From positions 4,765 through 68,764 of the forward strand of contig JBFICW010000007.1 in the NCBI GenBank assembly GCA_041581635.1: 64,000 nt of DNA. Reading direction: 5' to 3'. The DNA is from Porticoccus sp. (GTDB lineage: Bacteria > Pseudomonadota > Gammaproteobacteria > Pseudomonadales > Porticoccaceae). Below are positions 20,805-33,241 of this stretch, in pieces (position 1 is the stretch's first letter; every line of letters starts with the position of its first letter). The notes under the pieces are model-generated. The model saw nothing but the letters and a program-made list of their open reading frames with translations. It was not told where the DNA came from and made no database searches. A program made the position numbers and the translations under genes.

Positions 20805-23507
20805 TTAATTAACGGGAGGTTCGTAGCCGTAGATGCCATCCTGAAGAATGGTGTCTACTTTAGTACCGCTACCGGCAAGGCCTTTAAATTGTAGCTGTAG
20901 GAAGATGCCCTTATCTTCCGTTAAGTCATCTTGAGGAAGTACGATATTGTCGTCGCGATCAATCCACTTTCGACTTATTAGGCTTAGGCGCCAGCAACAG
21001 CTGTCATATTGCAGGCCCACAAAGGTCTCAAGATTTCGGCTGTTGGTCAGATCGTAGTTGTAGCGGCCGATAAGATTCCAGTTTCTGAAAATCGGGAATA
21101 TGGTTGAAAAATCGGCTTGCTCAATGTCTGAGTCGATAAGCGTCGAGCCGTACAGCAGAGGTACCTTCCGGTTGAACCGGTAACTCAGGTTTAATATCTG
21201 ATTATCGCGATCGTGATAACGCAGGCTGGCATTGCCTCGGTCGAGCTCACTGTTTTCTTCGTCGTAGAGAATGTCCGCCTGGATTCTCAGGTTATCACTT
21301 AATCTCAAGGCGAGTTCCGCTGCATAGGCTGATTCATTCCTCAACAAGCCGTCTGCAACTTCACGCTGATTCAGGTTGGTCAGATTATCCGGATTCCCCA
21401 GGTTTTTTAGGAATGATTTGGTAAATGTAGGGTTAAGGGAAACATATCGGTCATCCAGGTAGTAAATCTGGCCCAAGCTGGCTCTCAACCATTCTTTACC
21501 GGTTGATTGCTCCACGAGTCTCGAGGTCAGGCCCACGGAGATTTGTTCTGTATCGCCAATACGGTCACCACCGACAAACCGGTCATCTCGAAACAGCTGG
21601 CTGTAGCTGAAGGTGAGTTCAGATGTGTCAAAGTCTGGCAGGTCGCTTTGATCTTCATACTTGGAGTGAACCATGTACAGGCGAGGCTCGAAGGTCTGGG
21701 TAAAGCCGTTGAGCCATGTAGTATTTCGTTCCAGATAAATTCCAGTATCGATGATGCCTACGGGAACCGTCACAGAAGGGCTGTCATCATTTTGACCGAG
21801 AAGGGGGTCGTCCAGATCGTAGGTCAGGTGTTTAACTTTTGCCGTTGGACGGAAATAGCCCCAGGCCCATTGTTTGTCCCAGCTGGCGGCATAATTGAGT
21901 CTGAGTCGGTTGCCGGTTACAAATGTGCCCTGGTCATCGGTCATGAACGTGGTGCCAGGGGTTAGGTTGTCATCATCGTTGTGATCGAAGCTGGTGAACT
22001 GGTTGTTGAGCTCAAAGTCGAAGTCGCCCCATTGATAGTGACCATTAGCATCCAGTCGGGGAAGTAGTTTGTATTGGTCAAATGTGTCGGGGTTGTCACT
22101 AATAGTTTGATATGCCTGACCTGTAATGCCAAAGGCCCAATGGTTAAGGTTGTAGTTGGCAGATGCCAGTTCATTTAGGTGGGTCTGGCTGCTGACCTCC
22201 AGTGTGGTATTTCCGAGATCGCGGAAATAGTCGTTATCGCTGACACGGGTGTAATCAATTCTGGTTCGCAAGCGGCGACCAAATTGTCCGGCATGGTCGA
22301 TATTGGCCAGCCAGCGGTCTTCACCTTCGTGATCTCTGTCACCGGTAATAGGGTTCGGGTCTTCGTCACTATCGTCCCCACCGTCATCGCTGGAGAGGAA
22401 TGTACCGCCAAGAATGGTATTGGTCATGCGCGACAGGTGACGAGCCTCCACCTCAAGCATGGCACCCCGGTCCTGCAGATAGCGAGGGGTGATCGTTGCA
22501 TCATAATTTGGGGCCAAGTTCAGATAAATGGGTTGTGCGTAATCTATGCCATTATCTTCGCTCACCTCGAAGGTTGGGAATAGCAACCCTGTGGCTCGTC
22601 GATCATCGGTTGGGAAGCGTATCCAGGGCACGTAAAGTATTGGGATATCTTTCACTTCTAAGCGAACGTGTTTGGCGTGGGCAATTCCTGTTTCAGGATT
22701 TATATCCACTTCTGAGCTTACTAGCTGCCATGCATTGCTGCTGGGTTCGCAGGTCGTGTAGGTGGCATTGTCTATATAGAAAATGTCATTGCTGGGTCTG
22801 GTCAGGCGATCGGCAGTCCCTCGGACGCCGGATTCATGGAACAAGTAGGTGGCATCATTGACCTGGATATCTTTGGTGTCCATGTTCATGTGCGCCGTTT
22901 CTCCGGTGAGCAGCAAGCCAGGCTCGCGGAATTGCACATTGCCTTCTAGGTCAACCGTTCTGTCATTCTGATTGACGGTTGCATTATCACTTCTAACTTG
23001 CCGGTAGCCCTGGGTGAGATGGACTTTTCCCTTAAGGTAGGCGATGTTCTCCTGTTCTACTTCTGTGGAGGTTGAGGCTACCCGCATTGGAGAGTCCTCC
23101 GGCTTTAGGTCGGCATCAGGGTAGTCACGTACTGGCTCTATATAGTCACCACAGCATCCTGGGGACATGGCATCACGCTGTTCCGTTGTTAGCGACTCTT
23201 CTTCTACCCAGTCCAGATTTCGGGCCAGTTGTACTTGTGGGCCACCGTCGTCCGCAGGGGGTAAATCCAGTTCGGGTTTGGCGTGTTCGGGCCTTGGGTA
23301 GGCTTTTCCGGGGATGATTCTCTCGCTGCACACCCAGCTGCCATCAGTTCCAGCCTGGCATTGCCACTGTGAGTGGCTGTCACTGTTTTCGGCCAAAGCG
23401 GCTGTTGATAACAGCAGAGTAGATAACACCGTTAAGATAGTTTTAGGGCGAGATAAGGACACAGCTTGGAAGAATCTGGTACCGAGATGACGTATGGTTT
23501 TTGGCAT
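20805..23507 (-). CDS. lptD: LPS assembly protein LptD
   Basis: OstA-like N domain, YTTCEP, YLNLAPNYDAT, FRDDRFVGGDRIGD, YDSCCW; start codon uncertain (23507 or 23534). Confidence 0.95.
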   Translation of the reverse strand: MPKTIRHLGTRFFQAVSLSRPKTILTVLSTLLLSTAALAENSDSHSQWQCQAGTDGSWVCSERIIPGKAYPRPEHAKPELDLPPADDGGPQVQLARNLDWVEEESLTTEQRDAMSPGCCGDYIEPVRDYPDADLKPEDSPMRVASTSTEVEQENIAYLKGKVHLTQGYRQVRSDNATVNQNDRTVDLEGNVQFREPGLLLTGETAHMNMDTKDIQVNDATYLFHESGVRGTADRLTRPSNDIFYIDNATYTTCEPSSNAWQLVSSEVDINPETGIAHAKHVRLEVKDIPILYVPWIRFPTDDRRATGLLFPTFEVSEDNGIDYAQPIYLNLAPNYDATITPRYLQDRGAMLEVEARHLSRMTNTILGGTFLSSDDGGDDSDEDPNPITGDRDHEGEDRWLANIDHAGQFGRRLRTRIDYTRVSDNDYFRDLGNTTLEVSSQTHLNELASANYNLNHWAFGITGQAYQTISDNPDTFDQYKLLPRLDANGHYQWGDFDFELNNQFTSFDHNDDDNLTPGTTFMTDDQGTFVTGNRLRLNYAASWDKQWAWGYFRPTAKVKHLTYDLDDPLLGQNDDSPSVTVPVGIIDTGIYLERNTTWLNGFTQTFEPRLYMVHSKYEDQSDLPDFDTSELTFSYSQLFRDDRFVGGDRIGDTEQISVGLTSRLVEQSTGKEWLRASLGQIYYLDDRYVSLNPTFTKSFLKNLGNPDNLTNLNQREVADGLLRNESAYAAELALRLSDNLRIQADILYDEENSELDRGNASLRYHDRDNQILNLSYRFNRKVPLLYGSTLIDSDIEQADFSTIFPIFRNWNLIGRYNYDLTNSRNLETFVGLQYDSCCWRLSLISRKWIDRDDNIVLPQDDLTEDKGIFLQLQFKGLAGSGTKVDTILQDGIYGYEPPVN

Positions 23508-23634
23508 TCTTATTGTCCGTATTATTATGGGCAAGCTGTGGTCTCTATTGGGACGCTACATTTTACCCATTCTGCGGCATCATGCGAGGGTTTGGGGTAG
23601 AATGACCGACCTTTTTTCTAAATGTCCCAGAAAT

Positions 23635-24690
23635 ATGAGCAATTCTCAATGTCTGTATGAATGGGTAGAGAAATTTCTGCCTGATTCGGTCAGCACCTCC
23701 GAGAAGTTGTTGCTTCAGCCGCTGAATGGCGATGCTGGATTTAGACACTATTTTAGGCTGAATACGTGTCCGCCTCTAATTGCTGTGTCGGCCCCGCCCG
23801 AGCATGAAAATAATCCCGGTTTTGTCAGTGTTGCCTTGTTGCTGAGGCAAAATGGGATTCACACACCAATGATCTATGCTGTGGATTACCAGCAGGGCTT
23901 TCTGTTGCTTGAAGACCTTGGTGATGAGTTGCTTTTACCACGGCTCTCTGTCGATACCGTAGATTTATATTATGGTGAAGCCGAGGCAGCATTATTAAAC
24001 ATGCAAAAAGTGACTGTCCCAAGTGGGACGTTGCCAGCGTTTGACCGCCAGCGTTTACTGGATGAGATGAATCTCTTTCCGGAGTGGTTTGTGGTCAAGT
24101 TGCTAGGCGTTAACTTGCAGTCGGGTGATTATGAATTGATTCATGACGTGATGAATCAGCTGGTAGAGAGCGCCTTGGAGCAGCCCCAGGTTTTTGTGCA
24201 CCGTGATTTTCACTCCCGAAACTTAATGTTGCTCACCGGTGGTGAGGGTGATAACGGTGGTGTGATAGGCGTGATCGATTTTCAGGATGCGGTCACTGGC
24301 CCAATTACCTATGATTTGGTTTCACTGTTGCGAGACTGCTATATTCGCTGGCCTAGGGATTATGTTTCACAGCGTGCATTGAGCTATTACCATAGCGCTA
24401 TGGCTGCAGATGTTGCCCCGCCGGCATCTGATCAACAGATTCTTCGATGGTTTGACCTGATGGGTTTGCAGAGACATATTAAGGTCCTCGGTATCTTTGC
24501 CAGACTCTACCTGAGGGATGGCAAACCGGGCTACCTCAATGATTTGCCATTGGTGATTCGTTATACATTGGAGCAATTAGCACCCTACCCAGAGTTCGAT
24601 AAGTTTAAAGACTGGTTGGAGTTGCGAGTATTACCAGAATTACCCAAACAAGATTGGTTTTCCCCATGGGAAACTGCGGGCGATATTTAA
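23635..24690 (+). CDS. amgK: N-acetylmuramate/GlcNAc kinase (AmgK, APH-like phosphotransferase)
   Basis: GDAGFRHYFR, HRDFHSRNLM, IDFQDAVTGP, RDGKPGYL; divergent from lptD and followed by murU; start uncertain. Confidence 0.88.
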   Translation: MSNSQCLYEWVEKFLPDSVSTSEKLLLQPLNGDAGFRHYFRLNTCPPLIAVSAPPEHENNPGFVSVALLLRQNGIHTPMIYAVDYQQGFLLLEDLGDELLLPRLSVDTVDLYYGEAEAALLNMQKVTVPSGTLPAFDRQRLLDEMNLFPEWFVVKLLGVNLQSGDYELIHDVMNQLVESALEQPQVFVHRDFHSRNLMLLTGGEGDNGGVIGVIDFQDAVTGPITYDLVSLLRDCYIRWPRDYVSQRALSYYHSAMAADVAPPASDQQILRWFDLMGLQRHIKVLGIFARLYLRDGKPGYLNDLPLVIRYTLEQLAPYPEFDKFKDWLELRVLPELPKQDWFSPWETAGDI

Positions 24691-24744
24691 GACAACCGGG
24701 CTAACCTGTTTAAATGGCCGGTTAACTGTCAAAAGGATTAAAAA

Positions 24745-25470
24745 ATGAAAGCAATAATTCTTGCTGCAGGTTTTGGTGAAAGATTGCGCCCGCTTACAGA
24801 AAACACCCCGAAACCATTATTGAAGGTGGGGGTTAAGCCGCTGATTCAATACCATGTGGAGCGCCTTGCTGCTGTGGGTGTTCGAGAGTTGGTGATCAAT
24901 ACGGCGTGGCTGGGTGATCAGATTGAGTCATTTCTAGGCGATGGCTCTCGCTTTGGAGTGAGGATTGACTGGTCGAGGGAAGTTGAGCCACTGGATACTG
25001 GTGGCGGTATTCGTCGAGCCTTACCACTCTTGGGTAGTGACCCATTTCTGGTTATTAATGCTGATATTTGGACTGATTATCCATTGCAGTCGCTGGTAGA
25101 CAGAGACTGGTCGGATAGTGTGGAGGCACACCTTGTGCTGGTGCCAAATCCGGAGCACAACCTAAAGGGTGATTTTTCTCTGGATTCGCAGTGCAATATT
25201 CGATATCCGTTAGAGGAGGGTGAGAGCTTTACTTTTAGTGGAGTAAGCGTAATGCGCCCAGAGCTCTTTGCATTGTTTTCATCTGCCAGTGAAAAGTTTC
25301 CAATCAGGGATGTCTTGGTCGATAGTATCAGTGGTGGTTATGTTTCCGGGGAGGTCTTCCGCGGCACGTGGTGGGATGTTGGGACGGTCGAGCGACTTCA
25401 GGCGATTAACACTTTGGTCTCAGGGCGAGAGGTAAACCTGATAAAAAAGCCAAAAATTAGGGCCAGCTAA
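24745..25470 (+). CDS. murU: MurNAc-alpha-1-phosphate uridylyltransferase
   Basis: AIILAAGFGERLRPLT...PKPL; downstream of amgK. Confidence 0.9.
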   Translation: MKAIILAAGFGERLRPLTENTPKPLLKVGVKPLIQYHVERLAAVGVRELVINTAWLGDQIESFLGDGSRFGVRIDWSREVEPLDTGGGIRRALPLLGSDPFLVINADIWTDYPLQSLVDRDWSDSVEAHLVLVPNPEHNLKGDFSLDSQCNIRYPLEEGESFTFSGVSVMRPELFALFSSASEKFPIRDVLVDSISGGYVSGEVFRGTWWDVGTVERLQAINTLVSGREVNLIKKPKIRAS

Positions 25471-25568
25471 TAAGGGTGTGCTCGGTTTCTTTATATTTTG
25501 AGTCTTTTTCCGCTACCCAATTTTAGGGGTATTGTAATCTCTTCTTGTTTTTGACTTATGGGTGACAC

Positions 25569-25934
25569 TTGCAGTATGTAATTGTGTGGCGGCTAGCTTT
25601 CATCCTGTCTCTTGTGGTCATTATGACTATGGCCTTAATGCCAATCAGTGGGTCCGGGTGGTTTTCCGGTCAGGATAAGCTGATGCATGCTGCGACCTTT
25701 TCGGTACTATTTTTGATTGGCCAGAAATCGTTTCCAAAGGGTAAATTTTGGTGGCAATTGCATCTGGGCTTGATTGTTTATGGCGTGGTGATGGAGTTGC
25801 TACAAGGGCAAACAGGTTACCGAAGTATGGAAGCTTGGGATTTAGTGGCAGATTTTAGTGGTCAGCTATTGGGTCATTTCTTATTATTTTTCAGAGAAAA
25901 AAAGTCTTTAAGGTCGATAGCTACAACTGAATGA
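25569..25934 (+). CDS. VanZ-like membrane protein
   Basis: DKLMHAATF, ELLQGQTGYRS...WDLVAD; TTG start. Confidence 0.8.
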   Translation: MQYVIVWRLAFILSLVVIMTMALMPISGSGWFSGQDKLMHAATFSVLFLIGQKSFPKGKFWWQLHLGLIVYGVVMELLQGQTGYRSMEAWDLVADFSGQLLGHFLLFFREKKSLRSIATTE

Positions 25935-25968
25935 TTAGCACCTTAGTTACTCCGAGTGGCTGGGCTTT

Positions 25969-27021
25969 CTAGCGATCCTGCAGTGCTAACCGGAGGTTGT
26001 GTGGGTGGAGTGTGGGCTTGCCGCAAAACATAAGAATCAGCGTGGTTAGGTCATCCCAAGGAGATGCGTCACGCATGCCTTTGATGGCTCTATCTATACC
26101 TCCTGCCAAGCGCAGCATTTGCTTAAGCTGGTTTGGTGGTATGCGCCGCATGGCATTTTTAATCAGAGGCTTTCTTTTTTCCCATACGCCAAGGTTCTTC
26201 AGTGCCCAGTCCAAATGGTCGCCATTCTCTACAGCATCACAGGCCTTTATAAGGGTGCGAAGCTCTCGAGTGAGAGCCCATAAAATCACCGTTGCCTCGC
26301 TGCCTTCGTCGCGTAGTCCTCGCAGTGTTCGACAGGCGCTTTGAGCTTCGCCCTCCATGGCCTTGTCTACCAGAGAGAAGACATTGAAGCGAGCGCTATC
26401 AGCCACGATGGTGGACATGGTGTCGCCGTCAACTTCGCCTTCGGGTATCAATAATTTTAGTTTCTCAATCTCCTGAACGGCAGCGAGTAAATTTCCTTCT
26501 ACGCGGTCGGCAAGAATGGTGGCTGCCTGACGGCTGGCTTGTATGCCTGCTTGTTGTAATCGTTGGTTGATCCAGTGTGGGAGCTGGTTTTGGGCGATTG
26601 GCCACAGTTGAATGAAAATGCCTTGGCTGTCGATAGCCTTAACCCACTTGCTTCTGGTCGTGGCGCTTTCCAGTTTTGGGGTAATGATTAACATGAGTGT
26701 GTCGGGATTGGGGGTGTCGATGTATTCCTGTAGGGTTTTTGACCCCTTATCCCCAAGTTTGCCGTTGGAGATACGTATTTCAAGAATTTTCTTTTCAGAA
26801 AATAATGACAGACTGTTGGCTTCAGTTAAGACAACATCCCAATCAAAACCTGCTTCGACATGGAGCAGTTCTCTTTCGGTATAGTTTTGACTTTTGGCCG
26901 CAGCTCGAATGGCATCGGCAGCTTCTTGTACCAGTAGTGCTTCATCACCACTGACAAGATAAACAGGGGCCATTGGCCCCTGTGAGAGGTGTGAAGAAAG
27001 TTGTTCAGTTCGCAGGCGCAT
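25969..27021 (-). CDS. holA: DNA polymerase III delta subunit
   Basis: YLVSGDEALL, SLFSEKK, EGNLLAAVQEIEKL; start ATG 27021. Confidence 0.96.
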   Translation of the reverse strand: MRLRTEQLSSHLSQGPMAPVYLVSGDEALLVQEAADAIRAAAKSQNYTERELLHVEAGFDWDVVLTEANSLSLFSEKKILEIRISNGKLGDKGSKTLQEYIDTPNPDTLMLIITPKLESATTRSKWVKAIDSQGIFIQLWPIAQNQLPHWINQRLQQAGIQASRQAATILADRVEGNLLAAVQEIEKLKLLIPEGEVDGDTMSTIVADSARFNVFSLVDKAMEGEAQSACRTLRGLRDEGSEATVILWALTRELRTLIKACDAVENGDHLDWALKNLGVWEKRKPLIKNAMRRIPPNQLKQMLRLAGGIDRAIKGMRDASPWDDLTTLILMFCGKPTLHPHNLRLALQDR

Positions 27022-27553
27022 CTTCAACTGATGTGTCGGAGGATGCACTGGGGCGACTGCTTATGGCATTGAGACGGTTGATGATCTGGCGGACTAGATC
27101 ATTACGCATTTCCCGTTGGAGTAATTCAGTTTCTTCCTGCTTTGATTGAACATCATTTTCATCAAAGTCAAAGTATCGTTCGGCGCTAAGTGTTGTCCTC
27201 GATCCCAGCTGTTTGCCATCGGCATCCAGTATTAGAATGTCGATAGCTTCGGTTAGCTGGTATTCAGAGACTCTTGCTCCTGCGCTGACTGTCGCGGTGC
27301 GGCGAGAGCTCTTTTCATTGAGAGCTACAATACTGTACTGCGCCCCGGTGGCACTCTGAGTGATCTCTATCTTGCTGGCCTTCAGGGCCCTGACCAGGGA
27401 TCGATAAAAATCACTCTCTCTATTTGGTGCGCTGACATAAACGCTGGAGACGTTGTTGAGTGTTTGGCCGCTGCCCCGCAAATGCCAGCCGCAACCAGTG
27501 ACCATCACTGCAGTAAGCAGACCTGCGAGAGCAATGTGGATCAGTTTTTTCAT
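27005..27553 (-). CDS. lptE: LPS assembly lipoprotein LptE
   Basis: Lipobox VTGC-GWHLRG; lies between leuS and holA. Confidence 0.93.
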   Translation of the reverse strand: MKKLIHIALAGLLTAVMVTGCGWHLRGSGQTLNNVSSVYVSAPNRESDFYRSLVRALKASKIEITQSATGAQYSIVALNEKSSRRTATVSAGARVSEYQLTEAIDILILDADGKQLGSRTTLSAERYFDFDENDVQSKQEETELLQREMRNDLVRQIINRLNAISSRPSASSDTSVEDAPAN

Positions 27554-27617
27554 TGTCATTCCTTTCTATAAAACGAACTGGTTTTCGAGGTTCGGCTCTG
27601 TACTTAATATGTTGTGT

Positions 27618-30137
<2,520 letters not shown>

Positions 30138-30265
30138 TTACGGCATGCTGTTATTACGGTATTAGCATGGAGCTAATCCATATGCCGAAAAAGTATGCCG
30201 GAAAAGCGGTCAATTATAGGCTAAAGGCCGTCATAGACCCAGCCAGATTTATCGACTTATTTGTC

Positions 30266-31864
30266 CTACTTGTTTTCTGGTCGTCGGGTTCGATATAGCG
30301 CAATGACGATAACAATAAATGACAACAGCAGGATGGGGTGGGACCCAAACCTTCCAAAGGGTGTAAGCCCGGTGCGTGGCTCTAATGTACCCTCAAGCGT
30401 GGTGCGTTGAAAAGAGGGGCTTACCGCAGTGACTCTGCCATCGTAATTAATTAATGCACTGATGCCGTCATTGGTGGCTCGAATTAATGGTTTACCATTC
30501 TCAATGGCTCGCATGCGGGCAATCTGAAAATGTTGTTTTGGTCCAATAGATTGACCAAACCAGGTGTCGTTGCTCAGGGTAAGTATCAGGTTGGCGTGGA
30601 CAGCTGATTTCCTTACCAGCTCCGCATAGGCGATTTCGTAACATATAGCGGTGGCAATAATAGCACCCTTGGCCATGATGGGTTGTTGCTCCGCTGGTCC
30701 CGAGCTAAATGCAGACATAGGCAAATCAAAGAAGGCAATGGTTCCCCTCAACCACTTTTCAAAGGGGATGTACTCACCAAAGGGCACCAGGTGTTGCTTG
30801 TGATACACCCCGGATGCCAGCCCAAGTCCGATGACCGAGTTGTAATATTTTGAGTAGTAACTACTGGGGTCGTTATGTGGTTGACCGTTGATCTCCGCCG
30901 TGGGAATCCCAGTAATGAGCGCTGTTTGAGATTCTGTTGCCGTGGATGACACTGAATCGAGATAGCCCATGACTTCATGCTGAAATCTCGGGATGGCCGA
31001 TTCGGGCCAGATCACCAGATCGTTATGCAGAAGATTTTCCGTGTCGGCGCGGTATTGCTCAAAGATCGCCGGTAGCTTGTATGGGTCCCACTTTAGCGAC
31101 AGGGGTAGGGCGGGCTGAACTAACCCAATTGAGAGGGGTTTTCCCGATGCTTGAGTCCAGCCAATGGTTTGTAGGTAGGCGCCGCCGAGCCAAAATAATG
31201 TTGCTAGTAGTAGCGCCGTAACCGGAATGCCAACCTTTGTTTTAACTTTAATGGATAGCTTTAGGGTGAACAGAAAGGCTAATAATGCACCACAAAATGC
31301 AGTTATCCAGCTAATACCGAGTACCCCGACAACCGGTGCCCAGCCAGATAGCCAGGTATCAGTGTGACCGTAGCCTAAATAAAGCCAGGGAAACCCGCTA
31401 AAAACCCAGCCACGAAACCACTCTCCGATAGTCCAAATACTGGGGAAAATGATGAGCATGATCAGGGCCAAGCTATAGTTGGTCGAGAGAAGATTTGGCG
31501 GAGGTGTAAGTGTTCGGCCTAGCAATATAAAAGGTACTGTCAGTAATAGTGCCAGAAAAAAAATAAATGGCGTGATCAGAAGTAAAGACAGTGCAATGCT
31601 GGCATCGCCATAGTCGTGGATACTGACAAAGATCCAGGAAGCCCCAAAGCCATAGATGCCCAAGCCAAAGCTCAAACTGCGTAACAATCGAACCCGGAAG
31701 CCCCGGTTGGCCTTTGGGCCACACACCATCGCTGCAAAACCAGCCATGGATAACAGCCCCAGTGGCCACCAGTTAAAGGGTGCCATGGATAGCGGTAATA
31801 GCACGCCAAGCAGGACAGCCAGAAAGCAGGCCTTTAGGTCGTATTTATGTGCTGGGGATTCCAC
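30266..31864 (-). CDS. lnt: Apolipoprotein N-acyltransferase
   Basis: GFPW, IWPESA, KQHLVPFGEY, ICYE, SNDTWFG, RATNDGIS. Confidence 0.96.
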   Translation of the reverse strand: MESPAHKYDLKACFLAVLLGVLLPLSMAPFNWWPLGLLSMAGFAAMVCGPKANRGFRVRLLRSLSFGLGIYGFGASWIFVSIHDYGDASIALSLLLITPFIFFLALLLTVPFILLGRTLTPPPNLLSTNYSLALIMLIIFPSIWTIGEWFRGWVFSGFPWLYLGYGHTDTWLSGWAPVVGVLGISWITAFCGALLAFLFTLKLSIKVKTKVGIPVTALLLATLFWLGGAYLQTIGWTQASGKPLSIGLVQPALPLSLKWDPYKLPAIFEQYRADTENLLHNDLVIWPESAIPRFQHEVMGYLDSVSSTATESQTALITGIPTAEINGQPHNDPSSYYSKYYNSVIGLGLASGVYHKQHLVPFGEYIPFEKWLRGTIAFFDLPMSAFSSGPAEQQPIMAKGAIIATAICYEIAYAELVRKSAVHANLILTLSNDTWFGQSIGPKQHFQIARMRAIENGKPLIRATNDGISALINYDGRVTAVSPSFQRTTLEGTLEPRTGLTPFGRFGSHPILLLSFIVIVIALYRTRRPENK

Positions 31865-31911
31865 GGCCTGATGGTGTCCTGAGGGGCAGTTAGTTTTTGG
31901 CGGGTTAGTAG

Positions 31912-32748
31912 CTAACCCCTCATGTGCATTTCCAGCAGTTTAACCTGTCGATTATCGCCTTCGGCAACCCGGAAGGTAAAACCATTAACATCGACAGTTT
32001 CATCTATCGAGGGCATTCGGCCAAAGGCCTGAACGATGATGCCGCCAATGGTATCAAACTCCTCGTCATTGATGCCGGTATCAAAATAGACGTTAAAGTC
32101 TGCAATTGGGGTGAGCGCATCAATCAGGTGACTTCCGTCCGGTTGTGGGCGGATCATCTTGCCTTCTTCTTCGTCTGTTTCATCCTCGATTTCACCAACA
32201 ATTTCCTCGAGAATATCTTCAATGGTGATCAGGCCTGCAATGCCGCCGTATTCATCCACGACAATAGCCATATGATAACGCTGCTCCCGAAACTCTCTCA
32301 GCAGCACGTTAAGTCGTTTGCTTTCAGGAATAATTGTGGCCGGTCTAACTACATTTTTGATGTCAAAGTGGTCACGACCATCAAGAATCAGAGGTAATAA
32401 CTCTTTTGCCAAGAGGATTCCCACAATGTCATCGGCTGAATCACCAATGACCGGGAAACGTGAATGACTGGATTCAATGACCAGTTTCAATACATTCTCT
32501 AGGCTGGCTTCCTGTTGAATAACGACCATCTGGGAGCGGGGAATCATGATTTCCCGTACCTGTTGGTCAGATACGTTAAGAGCACCCTCGATAATTTCCA
32601 ATGCATCATGGTCGATGACGTTGCTCTCATGGGCGGCACGCAGTAGCAGGGCAAGCTCATCCCTGGATTGCGGCTCTGAGGAAAAAACGTTGGCCAGTTT
32701 GCCCAGCCAGGATTTTTCCTGAGAGCTGCTCGAGTCGTCGTCAGTCAT
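31912..32748 (-). CDS. corC: CBS-domain Mg/Co efflux-associated protein CorC (YbeX)
   Basis: HSRFPVI, VDEYGGIAGLITIEDILEEIVGEIEDE. Confidence 0.94.
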   Translation of the reverse strand: MTDDDSSSSQEKSWLGKLANVFSSEPQSRDELALLLRAAHESNVIDHDALEIIEGALNVSDQQVREIMIPRSQMVVIQQEASLENVLKLVIESSHSRFPVIGDSADDIVGILLAKELLPLILDGRDHFDIKNVVRPATIIPESKRLNVLLREFREQRYHMAIVVDEYGGIAGLITIEDILEEIVGEIEDETDEEEGKMIRPQPDGSHLIDALTPIADFNVYFDTGINDEEFDTIGGIIVQAFGRMPSIDETVDVNGFTFRVAEGDNRQVKLLEMHMRG

Positions 32749-33233
32749 TAGTTGCTGATTGCTCCGGGTGATTGTTCATAGGGCGGAGGAAAGTGTAGGT
32801 TGGTAATGATGTTAGTTTCCAGTTGTTCCATTTTTTCAGCATCTTGATCGTCGATATGGTCGTAGCCAATTAAATGTAGACTACCGTGAATCGTCATGTG
32901 TGCCCAGTGAGCATCAGCAGACTTTTCCTGTTGCTTCGCTTCCCGCTCAACTACCGGGGCGCAGATAACCAAGTCTCCGAGCAAGGGTAGCTGTAATGAT
33001 TCAGGCAAGTTTGCTGGAAAAGATAGCACATTAGTCGCACCTTGCTTGTTACGGTAGCGGCTATTAAGTTCGGCACCTTCTTTTTCGTCAACGATACGAA
33101 TGCTCAACTCCACTTCTTTACCCAGTCTTGTAGGCTGTTCTGTCAAAGCCGCAGAAACCCACCGACGAAATCTCTTTTCGTCGGGAACACTAGCACAGGA
33201 TGACGCATTTTCAATGTCAATAATGAGGTTCAT
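32748..33233 (-). CDS. ybeY: rRNA maturation endoribonuclease YbeY
   Basis: TNVLSFP, HGSLHLIGYDH. Confidence 0.97.
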   Translation of the reverse strand: MNLIIDIENASSCASVPDEKRFRRWVSAALTEQPTRLGKEVELSIRIVDEKEGAELNSRYRNKQGATNVLSFPANLPESLQLPLLGDLVICAPVVEREAKQQEKSADAHWAHMTIHGSLHLIGYDHIDDQDAEKMEQLETNIITNLHFPPPYEQSPGAISN

Positions 33234-33241
33234 GGGAGTGT

